Shown in pieces: positions 1 through 11,890 of a stretch of DNA of 27,129 nt. The notes below the pieces were generated by a model. It ran no database searches and was not told the origin of the DNA. It saw only the letters and a program-made list of their open reading frames with translations. The stretch comes from Octopus sinensis (Eukaryota), in NCBI RefSeq assembly GCF_006345805.1, contig NW_021834057.1, positions 1-27,129 of the forward strand, in the 5' to 3' direction. How positions within the stretch are numbered: position 1 is the first letter of the stretch; each line of letters starts with the position of its first letter. The position numbers and the translations under genes were made by a program.

Positions 1-206
1 GTGGAGAGAAAGAGAGTGTGAGAGACGGAGAAGCAGGAAGGAGGAGGAGAGAGGAGAAATGGGAGGGAGAGTCAGTAGGAGAGTGAGAGAAAGAGAGTGT
101 GAGAGATGGAGATGCAGGAAGGAGGAGGAGAGAGGAGGAATGAGGAAGTGAGAGAAGAAGGAAGGGAGAGAGAGAAAGAGAAGGAGAGAGGCAGTGAGAT
201 AGATAC

Positions 207-237
<31 letters not shown>

Positions 238-310
238 CAGAGAGACAGAGACAGACAGACAGACAGAAAGCAAGAGAGAATGAAAGAGAGAGACAAAGAG
301 AGAAAGAGAG
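1..310. repeat. Purine-rich GA/GGA/GACA compound microsatellite with an ~82-bp internal duplication (1-61 vs 83-142)
   Basis: Almost all A/G on the + strand. GAGAAAGAGAGTGTGAGAGA...GCAGGAAGGAGGAGGAGAGAGG occurs twice. Confidence 0.9.
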
Positions 311-527
311 AAAACCTGCTGTTTAATAGCAATCATTGTTGCAATTTTGTTTCCAATTGATATTTTTTAAATTTTTTATTATTATTATTATTTTTTTTTT
401 TTGAAGAACCGAAGTTTCGCTGCAAAAGTTCTTTATTCAAAACAACTGATGAAACTTGTTATTTCAGTTCATTTCATCGACTTAACCACGTCATCAACTC
501 CTTAATAAATTACAAAACAAGAAAAGA

Positions 528-529
528 AC

Positions 530-593
<64 letters not shown>

Positions 594-602
594 ATATATA
601 CA
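528..602. repeat. (TA)n microsatellite
   Basis: Direct reading. Confidence 0.95.
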
Positions 603-984
603 TATGTCCATGCATACATACATACAAAATGTCGTCCGCGTTGTTATTGTTTAAACGTTTCAAAGGAAAGTCTAAGCTGACATGCTAATGTTTTAGAAAA
701 TGTAAAATTAAAAATAACAAGAGGCAGCAGTTAATACATTACGAAACAAATAATAACAACGCCGAAGACAAAAATGACAAACAAAAAACAAAAAAAAACC
801 CAACTTAAAGCCACAAACTGTAAGCCTTGATGGCAATGACATAAAGAAGGACTAGAAAAAATAAACAACAACAACAACAAGGTGAAACATTAAGCACAGC
901 AGCTAATGCAAAGGAGATTAATAAGAACAACGGGTAAAAGAAAAGCGAAAAAACAAAAATACAAAACAAAAAAAACAATAGAAC

Positions 985-1122
985 GAGGAGGAGGGAGTGG
1001 ATAGGGTGGAGGAAGGAGGATGGGAGGATGAGTAGAAGAAGGAGGAGGAGGAGATGTAGAAGGAGAAGAGGGAAGAAGTGGAGGAAGAAGAAAGTGTAGA
1101 AAGAGATGGAAGTAGTAGTAGT

Positions 1123-1184
<62 letters not shown>

Positions 1185-1323
1185 CAGCAGCAGCAGCAAC
1201 AGTAGTAGTAGAATAAGAAGAAGAAGAAGAAGAAGGAGGAGGGGAGGAGGAGGAGGTGTAAAAGATGGAAGTTGTAGTAGTAGTAGTTGCAGTAGCAGCA
1301 GCAGCAGCAGTAGTAGCAGCAGT

Positions 1324-1397
<74 letters not shown>

Positions 1398-1468
1398 AAG
1401 TAGCAGCAGTAGCAGTAGTAGTAGTAGTGGTAGTAGTAGTAGTAGTAGTAGTAGAAGAAGAAGAAGAA
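985..1468. repeat. Compound trinucleotide array (GGA/GTA/GCA/GAA)n
   Basis: Alternating blocks of GTA, GCA, GAA and GGA. The poly-Ser/Val/Leu ORFs here are artefacts. Confidence 0.95.
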
Positions 1469-1927
1469 GGGTATTATGTGGCGAGAAGCAAGACTAGCAT
1501 CTGTGAAGACTGATCAAAAAATGTCGGCATTTCCTTTACGGCAAGATTTAGGCATTTTACTAGTGACCAGTTCTTATCGTATGTCAGTCGCTCAAGATTA
1601 TTGTCTCCAAAATTAAGACAAAAATTATAAGAAACTTTGAAATAAATCATAGTTATTCATATATGTATAAGTATACATGTTTATGCATTTAGCAGCGGTC
1701 ATCGTCACACAATTTCAATGCACCATACCAGAAATATAAATAGGTATTCAGGTAGAACACCAAGTTTATGTTGGTGTCAATGACAGTGGTAAAAGGAGTT
1801 GTAGTGGTGATATTTTGTCATTTTGGTGTTGCTACGGTTCTTGGTTTATGCTCGTGTCATTGGCATTGCTTTGCTTACAAAGAAGTTTCTATTGGTGATG
1901 ATAATGGCATTGACAGCTTTTGTGTCA

Positions 1928-2397
1928 CTGGCAGAAACGTTAGCACGCCGGGGCGAAATGCGTAGCCGTATTTCGTCTGCCGTTACGTTCTGAGTTCAAA
2001 TTCCGCCGAGGCCGACTTTGCCTTTCATCCTTTCGGGGGTCGATAAATTAAGTACCAGTTTCGCACTGGGGTCAATATATATTTCTTTACTACCCACAAG
2101 GGGCTAAACACAGAGGGGACAAACAAGGACAGACAAAGGGATTAAGTAGACTACATCGACCCCAGTGCGTAACTGGTACTTAATTTATCAACCCCGAAAG
2201 GATGAAAGGCAACGTCGACCTCGGCGGAATTTGAACTCGGAACGTAACGACAGACGAAATACGGCTACGAATTTCGCCCGGCGTGCTAACGTTTCTACCA
2301 GCTCACTGGGGTCAATATAATCGACTTAATCCGTTTGTCTGTCCATGTTTGTCCCCTCTGTGTTTAGCCCCTTGTGGGCAATAAAGAAATAGGTATT
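1928..2397 (+). mobile_element. tRNA-derived SINE (family A, head GGCGAGCTGGCAGAAACGTTAGC), interrupted by a nested copy
   Basis: A-box-like TGGCAGAAACG and B-box GAGTTCAAATTCC. The body GACTTTGCCTTTCATCCTTTCGGGG matches six other copies in the window. The 3' part resumes at 2320 after the nested element. Confidence 0.92.
2080..2304 (-). mobile_element. Near-full-length family A SINE inserted antisense into another copy
   Basis: Reverse complement of the family A sequence, flanked by the direct repeat (C)ACTGGGGTCAATATA at 2064-2079 and 2304-2319 (15-16-bp TSD). Confidence 0.93.
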
Positions 2398-3067
2398 AGT
2401 GACAGAGTCAGCCATTGGTTCTCATTGGTTCTCATGGTTCTCAATGCGATGTTAGTATGGATTCAGTGCTAGCCGCGCCAACACCACCATTGTTTTGGCA
2501 ACATCTGGTGGAGACGATGGTGGGATTAGCAGTGCTCTTGTCGATAGTAATCGTAGTTTTGCCATACTTTGAACGAATGGGAGTAACGCTGCATAATTTT
2601 TAGCGTTCGATTTGTTCAAAGAAGACGAGATCCTCGTGTTTTAATATTACCACAATTCTTTCTCTTCTTATTCTACTCTCTTTCTCGACGACTATTATCA
2701 TCCAGGGCATCATGTATCTCTTTGTTTTAATTTCAAAAACAAAATATTTTTAAATGATTTTCGACAAATGCGTCTCTTTCTAGCAACTGAAATAAACAAA
2801 ATATTACTTTTTAACCACTCTAGTTAGTTTGGAAATAAAATATGTAGTAATATATAAAGTCTCCATGTAGAATGAATTGTAATTTATAGTCTACCTGAGC
2901 CTTTTATGTCCATTTATTTATTTCTGTTTTTTCTTTTGTATTTTGATATAAGTATATTTTGTCTTTGTCACTATATCTATGTCTTGAGGTTTGTTTGTAA
3001 ATTGATGAAAATGGCAAATCACTTGCGCATGTAGTCTCGCACTGAGTAAAATTACGGTGAGACCCAA

Positions 3068-3451
3068 TACTCTGTTACTCTGTTTGACTGCGGCCATGCT
3101 GGAGCACCGCCTTTAGTCGAGCAAATCGACCCCGGGACTTATTCTTTGTAAGCCCAGTACTTATTCTATCGGTCTCTCTTTGCCGAACCGCTAAGTTACG
3201 GGGATGTAAACACACCAGCATCGGTTGTCAAGCAACGCTAGGGGGACAAACACAAACACACAAACATATACACACACGTACATATATATATATATATATA
3301 CGACAAGCTTCTTTCAGTTTCCATCTACCAAATCCACTCACAAGGCATTGGTCGGCCGGGGCTATAGCAGAAGACACTTGCCCAAGATGCCACACAGTGG
3401 GACTGAACCCGCAACCATGTGGTTGGTTAGCAAGCTACTTACCACACAGCC
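3068..3451 (-). mobile_element. tRNA-derived SINE (family B, CORE-SINE-like, internal (TA/CA)n)
   Basis: Minus strand reads GCTGTGTGG...GGGTTCAGTCCC (B box), GGCATCTTGGGCAAGTGTCTT (CORE-like) and ends GGCGGTGCTCCAGCATGGCCGCAGTC. Homologous copies at 16168, 20228 and 26200. Confidence 0.9.
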
Positions 3452-3660
3452 TGGTGGACTTATTTAAACAAACCGCTCGAGGAAGTCCATTTTACACATT
3501 GGATGGATGATAATGATTACACAACATCACTGCAATGTACTATGGGTGTAAAAATGTTTTGAAACAATTAAAGTGATTAAAAATTTTTTTAAATGTTGTT
3601 CAATCGGTCTTCTATCATTTATCTGTTTATATAAACTCTACGGATAATATATAAACTCTA

Positions 3661-3931
3661 CGCGAACGCACCAGAAGTATAATGCTACGTATGCCAGGCC
3701 AACTTGTCGCCACCGACTTCCACGCTGTGAATCATCCTATTGCAAATTTATTAGCGTGTGGCAAGGCCTTGCACCACGAACCCTACTCCCATCCTTCTCT
3801 AGGAAACGAAAGGGACAACGTCTCATAGTTGTTGTTGGCACTACGTTCCCGACAGGTATGAATGAAAGTCTTTCCTTTCATCCTTTCACCTCCTCTTAAT
3901 TCTTTTTTTACCCTATTTAATCCGCCTTCCG

Positions 3932-3994
<63 letters not shown>

Positions 3995-4275
3995 CATTCC
4001 CGTAATTACTTACCGCTACTCTCTCCATTTCCCTTTCCCTCATCCTTTCAGCACGCTTTCTCCTATAACTCTGTTTCACGTTTGCAGCCCATATAATCCT
4101 GCATCGATTATCAGTTGCAACCAGTTTTTCAAGCTGAGAAGACGTAAAACTCTGTTAGTCTTTCTTCAACTTATCTTTTTCACTAAACCCCTGATGAAGG
4201 ATTGCATCCGAAACGTTGGATATTCTACTCTTCATGGCAAGTTCACTTGTACCACTTTCACTTCTTTCTGTGTAT
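3661..4275 (+). mobile_element. Decayed Penelope-like element 3' end: GIY-YIG endonuclease C-terminal remnant plus pLTR with minimal hammerhead
   Basis: 3661-3790 translates RERTRSIMLRMPGQLVATDFHAVNHPIANLLACG. After a frameshift, 3798-3880 gives SRKRKGQRLIVVVGTTFPTGMNESLSF. This resembles the PLE motifs REH..I.....PVA.HF...H and R...E..LI...GT..P.GMN. A (CT)n tract and an HHR-like motif at 4188-4219 follow. Confidence 0.75.
4188..4219 (+). ncRNA. Minimal (PLE-type) type I hammerhead ribozyme motif
   Basis: CC-CTGATGA(4191-4197)-A-GGAT/TGC/ATCC-GAAAC-GTT-GG. Helix II has 4 bp, helix III is the palindrome AACGTT, helix I has only 2 perfect bp. Confidence 0.65.
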
Positions 4276-4405
4276 GTATATATGCACACACACACATATA
4301 CACTTATATAGATATATCTATATCTATCTATCTATCTATCTCTCTCTCTATATATATACATATATATAATAATATATATATACGTTCATATAAATATATA
4401 TTATA

Positions 4406-4460
<55 letters not shown>

Positions 4461-4475
4461 TATACCTATATATAT

Positions 4476-4509
<34 letters not shown>

Positions 4510-4592
4510 ATAATATATATTATAAAATATATATATATATATATATAATATATATATATTATTTGCGTGTCTGTGTTTGTGTGTGTGTGTGA
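4275..4592. repeat. (TA)n / (TG)n low-complexity tract
   Basis: Direct reading. Confidence 0.95.
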
Positions 4593-5066
4593 AAATGTTT
4601 GGTAAATAAACGAACGGTGTAACATATACTAAGTGTACAACCGCACTGGAGACAAACACAGAAGGTCCCTAATTCTTCATCAGTTATCAACCAATTGGTA
4701 ATACTCAGTTTTGCACCATTAATGATAAAACTGAGAGCTTCCCATATTGGCGGTTCCTGCAAAAATATTTTAGCGAAGAATTCAGGGCCGAGAGCAAACA
4801 AAACAAAGCGAAACAACACAGCGTGGACAAGGACGAAGAGACGAGCAAATTACGGGCTTAGGGCCAAGAAGACAAGAATACTAACTAACGCTCGGAAAAC
4901 ATCCTAAAGGATAGAGAACGGAGAAACAGAATATGAGTCTTGTCATCTACGAGACCAATGTGAGAAAGGAAGAAAGCTGGCCGCGGGTCACGCGACAGCA
5001 GCAGGCAGAGAAAAGAGCAAGAGAGTGGGAAAGAGAGCGAAAGAGAGAAAACTATGAATGTATAGG

Positions 5067-5123
5067 AACACACACACACGCACACACACACACACACACA
5101 CACATACACACACATACACACAC

Positions 5124-5196
<73 letters not shown>

Positions 5197-5200
5197 AGAA

Positions 5201-5260
<60 letters not shown>
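5067..5260. repeat. (CA)n followed by a (GATA)n array abutting the LINE 3' end
   Basis: Direct reading. Confidence 0.95.
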
Positions 5261-5263
<3 letters not shown>

Positions 5264-5419
5264 TGTTTCTTTATTAGCCACACAGGGCTGCACACAGATA
5301 GAAACAATTACAAGGTAGAGCTTTCTTTTGAAGGTTTAAAAAAAAAAAAAAAAAAAAAAGGAAGGGAGTTTCGATCAAAAGGGATCGTAAAGGAGAGAAA
5401 GAGGACAAAAAAGGGGGTT

Positions 5420-5451
<32 letters not shown>

Positions 5452-6906
5452 AGAGGAAAAAAAAATTGATCAATAGGGATCGTTATCACAGAAATGTCAA
5501 TATGAAGTGTAAAGGGGAGGACAGGTGAGGTTTACCCGTGGAAAGAAAAGCCTACGGAAAAGGACCACGGTAACCTCGGTCAATGAAGTCACATTTTATA
5601 TTTCTTTTTTTTTTTTTTTTTTTTTTTTTGCAAATAAGCAACTCTCTGTTTTCGATTTCTGGGTTCATAGGACTATGCTCAAGGTGGCTTCGTCATTCAT
5701 ACGTGCCATTCTTGCTACATTCACCATCTTTTTTAAAACATTCGCTAGACAAAACTTGCCTCTCTACTCTAACTCTCACTTTCCTTTAAGTGGTACTTGA
5801 AGAAGTTGATGAGAGATTGACCAGAGAGGAAAGTGTTTGTCTCCAATCCTTTCAGACGCGTCCCCAGATACATTCTTTCGCCATAGCCACAAGGATGATG
5901 AAAATAGCTCTTCTTCCCGTTTGAAGGAAGGAGGCGTGACAATATTGACGATAGACTCAGCTGATAAACCGACTCGTCCCACACGTGACAGCAGTTGTTC
6001 GACATAAGCCCCCAGGTCGGAAATTGTTGGACACTGAACGAGTGCGTGCAGAACGGTTTCGTCGCTCTGACCGCATCTCGGGCAGGTCGGCCCCGTGTTT
6101 CTCGAGCCGTGTCTGTAGAGCTTATCCCGAACGGGTAGCGCTTCTCGTTAGCACTGCCAGGCCAGGGATCTCTGGAAGTTGTCCATGGGCCCTGGCCCGA
6201 AAGTCGTCCCGAACAGCGGGTCAGGTACTCCTCGTCGACGTCCAGGTTCGCCCCGAGCTCGTCGTCGTACCTCCCCTCCACTAAACCCCTATAGAATGCT
6301 TTGTTGTGTTGAAGTCACTTAAGGTCGACCCAGGACGCAGAGTTGCTTGAGAGCAACGCGACACTCGCGGTGCCATCGCCGCCTTCGGCCTCTCTTTTTG
6401 ATCCACGACTGCAATTCGGTCATGGAGACGAGCTGCGGGAAAGCGTGCCTCACAAACGGCGACCACACCTGTTCACCGTCGTCTACATAGAGCCAGAGAT
6501 GTCGCAGTCTCAGCGCGTGTCTGCGCATCATCAACCACGGCATGCCCAGCCCTCCTTTTAACGGGTGTTGACAGCAAATGGATCGCCTGACCATCGGACG
6601 CATCCTTTCCACAAGAAGCGAAAGAGGATGCGTTGTAGTTTGGTGATGGTAGGGTCGGGACAAGGTACGACGGTCAGGCGGTAGTAGATGACGGACGCGA
6701 TGTACGTGTTCGCCACCTCCGCTCGACCTTTTAAGGGACAGTTTCCTCTCGGCGCCCATTGCCGGGCGAGAGTGACCACCCTACTCGTTATCTCGTCCAG
6801 TTCTTCTCCACTTGGAGGTCCGGACCAAACCAGACCCCGAGCAACTCAACCGGGCCGTCGGTCCAGCGTCCCACGACGGAGGCGCTGGTGGACGGCATGG
6901 GCTTGC
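5261..6906 (-). mobile_element. 5'-truncated, frameshifted Tx1/L1-clade non-LTR retrotransposon (end of RT, zf-RVT, 3' UTR)
   Basis: Minus-strand peptides: LLGVWFGPDLQVEKNW (RT motif 7); LKGRAEVANTYIASVIYYRLTVVPCP...LFRFLWKG; HPLKGGLGMPWLMMRRHALRLRHLW; zinc knuckle CPRCGQSDETVLHALVQC at 6031-6084. An in-frame stop and frameshifts are present. The 3' end is GCTAATAAAGAAACATAT followed by (CTAT)n. Confidence 0.9.
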
Positions 6907-7625
6907 ATAGATAGATAGTTGAATGAGGTGGAAGATTATCTTTTATTATTATCTTTTCGAAGAGGATTACAGGCGACATTGGTGGTAATTACTCACCCCA
7001 TGTTGCGATCGCTGATAGTTTGCCTCCTCTACTACGCTTGCTAGTAATATTCTCTGTTTCACTTAAATGAGAAACAAACACAGACTACGCTATTACGTTT
7101 ACACAAGGACATTTTACTTATCACTTTCTGCTGCCATTTTCAAATCCATCGTTTATATTACCAATACAACTTATTTTTTATATAGTTGCTTAGTTTATAT
7201 AAGTTACTGCATTAAAACCAGCTACCTTCTCTCGGTTTCGTTATTATGTAAACTCACAAACTTCATAGAAGGAAGTCATCTAAACGCTGTAAACCTTTTT
7301 TCTATTTTTATTTTTCACGTTTTCGTTCTGTTGAAAAATAATAGGAGTCCTATGCTCCCCCCACCCGTCTCCACTAAACTGATTTTGAAAAATATCTGTT
7401 TCGTTTCTCACTTGAAGTTGTTTCCTTTCACGTTCGCTGCTAATAAAGACATCAAGATGGCAATTGTTCTTTCTCGTTCTATGTAAATATGGCGTTTGAT
7501 TTATTACCGACAGTAATTATATACAAGCGTACCTCAACTTACGTCGGTATGCGTAAGATATGCGACTTAACACCTAAACCGACATAACCCGGAAAACTAT
7601 TTTCGAAAAGAAGTTATACTTATCA

Positions 7626-7710
7626 CCACTTAAACATGGCTGTTCCGTAGGAACCAACGTTACTGATATTTTTAATCCCAGTAGGATGTTTCCTCTAGCT
7701 GGTTATTGAT
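7626..7710. repeat. Diverged direct repeat, copy 1 (copy 2 at 8208-8290)
   Basis: CCACTTAAACATGG...AGGAAC...TTTAA.CCCAG.AGGATGTT.CCTC.AGCTGGTTATT is present at both positions. Confidence 0.85.
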
Positions 7711-7749
7711 GCAATCAGCACTGATCCTGATATATATATATATATTGAA

Positions 7750-7978
7750 GGCGGCGAGCTGGCAGAAACGTTAGCACGCCGGGCGAAATGCGTAGCCGTA
7801 TTTCGTCTGCCGTTACATTCTGAGTTCAAATTCCGCCGAGATCGACTTTGCCTTTCATCCTTTTGGGGTCGATAAATTAAGTACCAGTTACGCACTGGGA
7901 TCGATGTAATCGACTTAATCCCTTTGTCTGTCCTTGTTGTCCCCTCTGTGTTAACCCTTGTGGTTAGTAAAGAAATAG
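7750..7978 (+). mobile_element. Full-length family A SINE monomer
   Basis: High identity to the other copies. Possible low-complexity TSD GATATATATA. Confidence 0.93.
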
Positions 7979-7981
7979 ATA

Positions 7982-8111
7982 TATATACTGCAGGCAGGGG
8001 TGTGAACTACTACCAGCTTCCAGCTACGGAACCACCAGACAGTACGTTTTCGACCTTTCGAATACTCGTCCGCTAGAGATTGCAGTAGTTCACTCCAGTT
8101 CGCAGTATATA
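7982..8111. mobile_element. Small element with imperfect terminal inverted repeats (MITE-like)
   Basis: TATATACTGC...GTGAACTACT (7982-8011) matches the reverse complement of AGTAGTTCAC...GCAGTATATA (8084-8111). Confidence 0.55.
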
Positions 8112-8859
8112 GAAAAATGCTGATACACAGTCACCGATCTTGCAACAAGCAAATTAGATAGTTAGAAAATCTAAAGTACTAACTATACTGTGAAGTAATG
8201 TTTATTGCCACTTAAACATGGTTCTATCATAGGAACTGACATTACTACCATTTTAACCCCAGGAGGATGTTCCCTCCAGCTGGTTATTTGATGTACTCTA
8301 TACCTCGATATACATCGCAAGCAGGTGTGTGAACTGGCAGAAACGTTTAATCCCCCCCCCAAAAAAAAAAATCAGTTCCCATCGAATTTTACTACCTATG
8401 AACTAAGGTGTTTCGACCGTGACGTGACGCTTCCATTTCCAAACGCTATAATACCATTCCTTGTTATTTGTAGCAAGTCGAAGAATCATTTAGACGCCTC
8501 TATGGACGCACGAATAGAAATAGAAATTTCTTACATATCAAGGATGATGACAGGTGACTGATAAATAGAGAAGAAATGGGCGTGTACGCACGTCCTGAAG
8601 AGATGTGTAATGGTGAATCCTATGACACTTCGTGTTTTGGATAGACTGCTGAAATCTTCATTTCCATATATGTAACTTATCAGATACTTATCAGGTTGGT
8701 AGAATTCATATGCCTCCATCCCACAAGTTGTCTCCATTCTTGCAGGTTTTCAAATCAGCTGTAAACTAACGAAATACTCTGTAACACAACACATTTACAG
8801 TTTGTTCTAGTTGCACTGGTTCATCAGAACTGTCTACAACTGCACATATTATCAAAACC

Positions 8860-9090
8860 GGCCCAATGAGCTCTAAACTCGTAAAGCTGTTTACCTGGAT
8901 CCTGTGGCGTATTTTCTCTCTGAGGTCGGTCTGTAGCAGTATTATCCATTTATGTTCGCTGAATTGACTTGAGTAAAGTAAAATGAAGTGTCTCGCTTAA
9001 GAGCGCAAAACATCGCGCAGTCCAGGAATCGAAACCACAATGTCGCGATAATTACTGCAACATACTAACCATTGAGTCATGCGCTGCCAC
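8860..9090 (-). mobile_element. Degenerate tRNA-derived SINE
   Basis: Minus strand GTGGCAGCGCATGACTCAATGGTTAG...GTGGTTTCGATTCCTGG has A/B-box spacing and resembles the heads at 10540 and 15142. Confidence 0.65.
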
Positions 9091-9130
9091 TGTGCGTATT
9101 GTGTGAATACATATATGTATTCACACAAAA

Positions 9131-9560
9131 GGCGGTGAGCTGGCAGAAACGTTAGCGCGCCGGGCGAAATGCTTAGCGGTATTTCGTCTGCCGTTACGTT
9201 CTGAGTTCAAATTCCACCGAGTCGACTTTGCCTTTGCCTTTTTCATCATTTCCCTTTCCGGGTCAATAATTAAGTACCAGTTACGCACTGGGATCGATAT
9301 AATCGACTTACTTAATCCGCTTGTCTATCGTTGTTAGTCCCCTCTGTGTTTAGCCCCTTGTGGGTAGTAAAGAAATAGATATTTCGTCTGTCTTTACGTT
9401 GTTAGTTCAAATTCCGCCGAGGTCGACTTTGCCTTTCATCCTTTCGAGGTCGATAAATAAAGAACCAGTTTCGCAACAGGGGTCGTTTTAATCGACTTAA
9501 TTCCTTTGTCTGTCCTTGTTTGACCCCTCTATGTTTAGCCCCTTGTAGGCAGTAAAGAAA
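9131..9560 (+). mobile_element. Dimeric family A SINE (full monomer plus headless second unit)
   Basis: The second unit starts at TATTTCGTCTG (~9380). The whole dimer is bounded by the 19-bp TSD ATATATGTATTCACACAAA (9111-9129 and 9560-9578). Confidence 0.92.
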
Positions 9561-9995
9561 TATATGTATTCACACAAATGCATAAACATGGGGCAAATTT
9601 ACTTCAAAACAATTTATATTGAACGCACAACAGTTGCTCAAGACTTTTTTTATTTTCTTATTTATGCTTAGTTTATACAAATAGTACTTCTAACAGGTTT
9701 AATGCCCAAGTTATTCTAGAGACAGCGAATAAGTTTTCAAACATGGTTGATCTATACTAAACACAAGGACTTTAATATAGGAAATATGAACTAACATAAG
9801 TCTTGCAAATTTCCTCTGTTTCCTTTTGAGGTAGAAGTTCATGTTACCTGATCGCTTCCTTTGCCTGAAAACCCAGCAATTTGTGAAACGAAGTGCAAAA
9901 GTTATTATGGGTAAAAATAAAAATATCTACGAATGTATGTATTTATGCTTGCATCTGTATTCATGCCTGCATGCCTTTATATATATATATATGTA

Positions 9996-10031
<36 letters not shown>

Positions 10032-10039
10032 GTGTGTAA

Positions 10040-10270
10040 GGCGGTGAGCTGGCAGAATCGTTAGTATTCCGTGCGAAATGCTTTGCGGTATTTCGTCTGC
10101 CGTTACGTTCTGAGTTCAAATGCCGCCGAGGTCGACTTTGCCTTTCATCCTTTCGGGGTCGATTAAATAAGTACCAGTTACGCACTGGGGTCAATGTAAT
10201 CGACTCAATCCGTTTGTCTGTCCTTGTTTGTCCCCTCTGTGTTTATCCCCCTGTGGGTAATAAAGAAATA
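10040..10270 (+). mobile_element. Family A SINE monomer inserted in a (TG)n tract
   Basis: Matches the other copies, with (TG)n on both sides. Confidence 0.92.
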
Positions 10271-10302
10271 TATATATATGTGTGTGTATGTGTATGCGTG
10301 TA

Positions 10303-10358
<56 letters not shown>

Positions 10359-10539
10359 TGTGTGTGTGAACGTGTTCTAATAGATTTCTTTTCCTAAAAG
10401 AATAGAATTTTTCATAGAATTCAGGCTAGTCATGAAAAAGTGAGACGACTCCTTGCTTCAATCAACTCATTTCCAGGAATTTGTGAATATGTAAATGAGG
10501 TTATGTATACAAAAATATAGGTTCTCCTTTAGCTTCTGC

Positions 10540-10836
10540 GTGGAGGCGTAATTGTCCAGTCGTTAGGGCAGCGAATTCGCGGTTGGAGGATCGCGGTTTC
10601 GATTCCCAAACCGGGTGTTGTGTCTTTTTATTGAGCGAAAACACCTAAAAGTCCACGGGGCTCCGACAGGGGGTGGTGGCGATGCCTGCTGTACTCTTTT
10701 GCCACAACGTTTCTTAAGTAGCGCTGCGATGGACTGGCGTCTCGTCCAGCTGGGGGCGGGGGACACAAACGCCGCAGAAACCGGGAAACCGGGCCCATGA
10801 GCCTGGGTAGGCTTGAAAAGGGCGACGTTTATCGAT
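10540..10836 (+). mobile_element. tRNA-derived SINE with family C head and a different (V-domain-like) 3' body
   Basis: Head GTGGAGGCG...GTTAGGGCAGCG...GGTTTCGATTCCC; body CTGCGATGGACTGGCGTCTCGTCCAG; 12-bp TSD TTTAGCTTCTGC (10528-10539 and 10837-10848). Confidence 0.88.
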
Positions 10837-11048
10837 TTTAGCTTCTGCAGAAGATGATAAATGTTATGAATAAACTGTTTAAGTTTTCATTCAAAAACAT
10901 TTCTATACAATCCAGTGTATTTCAATGTTATATTTGAGCTCAGAAAAAGTTGGCATAAGGGTGTTGCTCGGTGTTAAAATATAATTTTGAATAAACAAGA
11001 ATATGTAATTTATTATGAAGCAATATATATTACAATGTGGAGGCTCAT

Positions 11049-11103
<55 letters not shown>

Positions 11104-11127
11104 CATAAATCAAGATAAGCAACAAAG

Positions 11128-11231
11128 ATATCCAAGGTAATGCAGTACGATCGTTTCATGCAACTCCATTTAATTGAGCAATGCAATCATTACATCAATT
11201 TAAAATGCAGACCAATCTTCAGCTGGGATAT
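11128..11231 (-). ncRNA. Hammerhead-like motif with an unusually long helix II (possibly decayed)
   Basis: Minus strand: ATATCC-CAG-CTGAAGA-[58-nt imperfect hairpin]-GAAACGATCGTA-CTG-[9 nt]-GGATAT. The base of helix II does not pair canonically. Confidence 0.4.
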
Positions 11232-11329
11232 AAGTTGAGAGCGCATAGTCTTTTGATTGTGTTTATTTGTGCGTGAGTGTGTTTGTGCGTGTGTTATGTG
11301 CGTGCGCCTGTATGTATGCGCGTGCATCT

Positions 11330-11890
<561 letters not shown>

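Noticed and set aside
446-475. CTGATGA hammerhead core box
   Set aside because: No downstream GAAA box or helices.
4559-4756. Minus-strand acceptor TTTTTGCAG followed by the open frame EPPIWEALSFIINGAKLSITNW...
   Set aside because: No good donor site and no recognisable protein family. With the phase of the putative ATG-G exon it would hit a stop after about 12 codons.
5335-5630. Long A/T homopolymers and a short duplicated GATCAA.AGGGATCGT motif
   Set aside because: They lie within the LINE 3' UTR and are explained by slippage or duplication inside the element.
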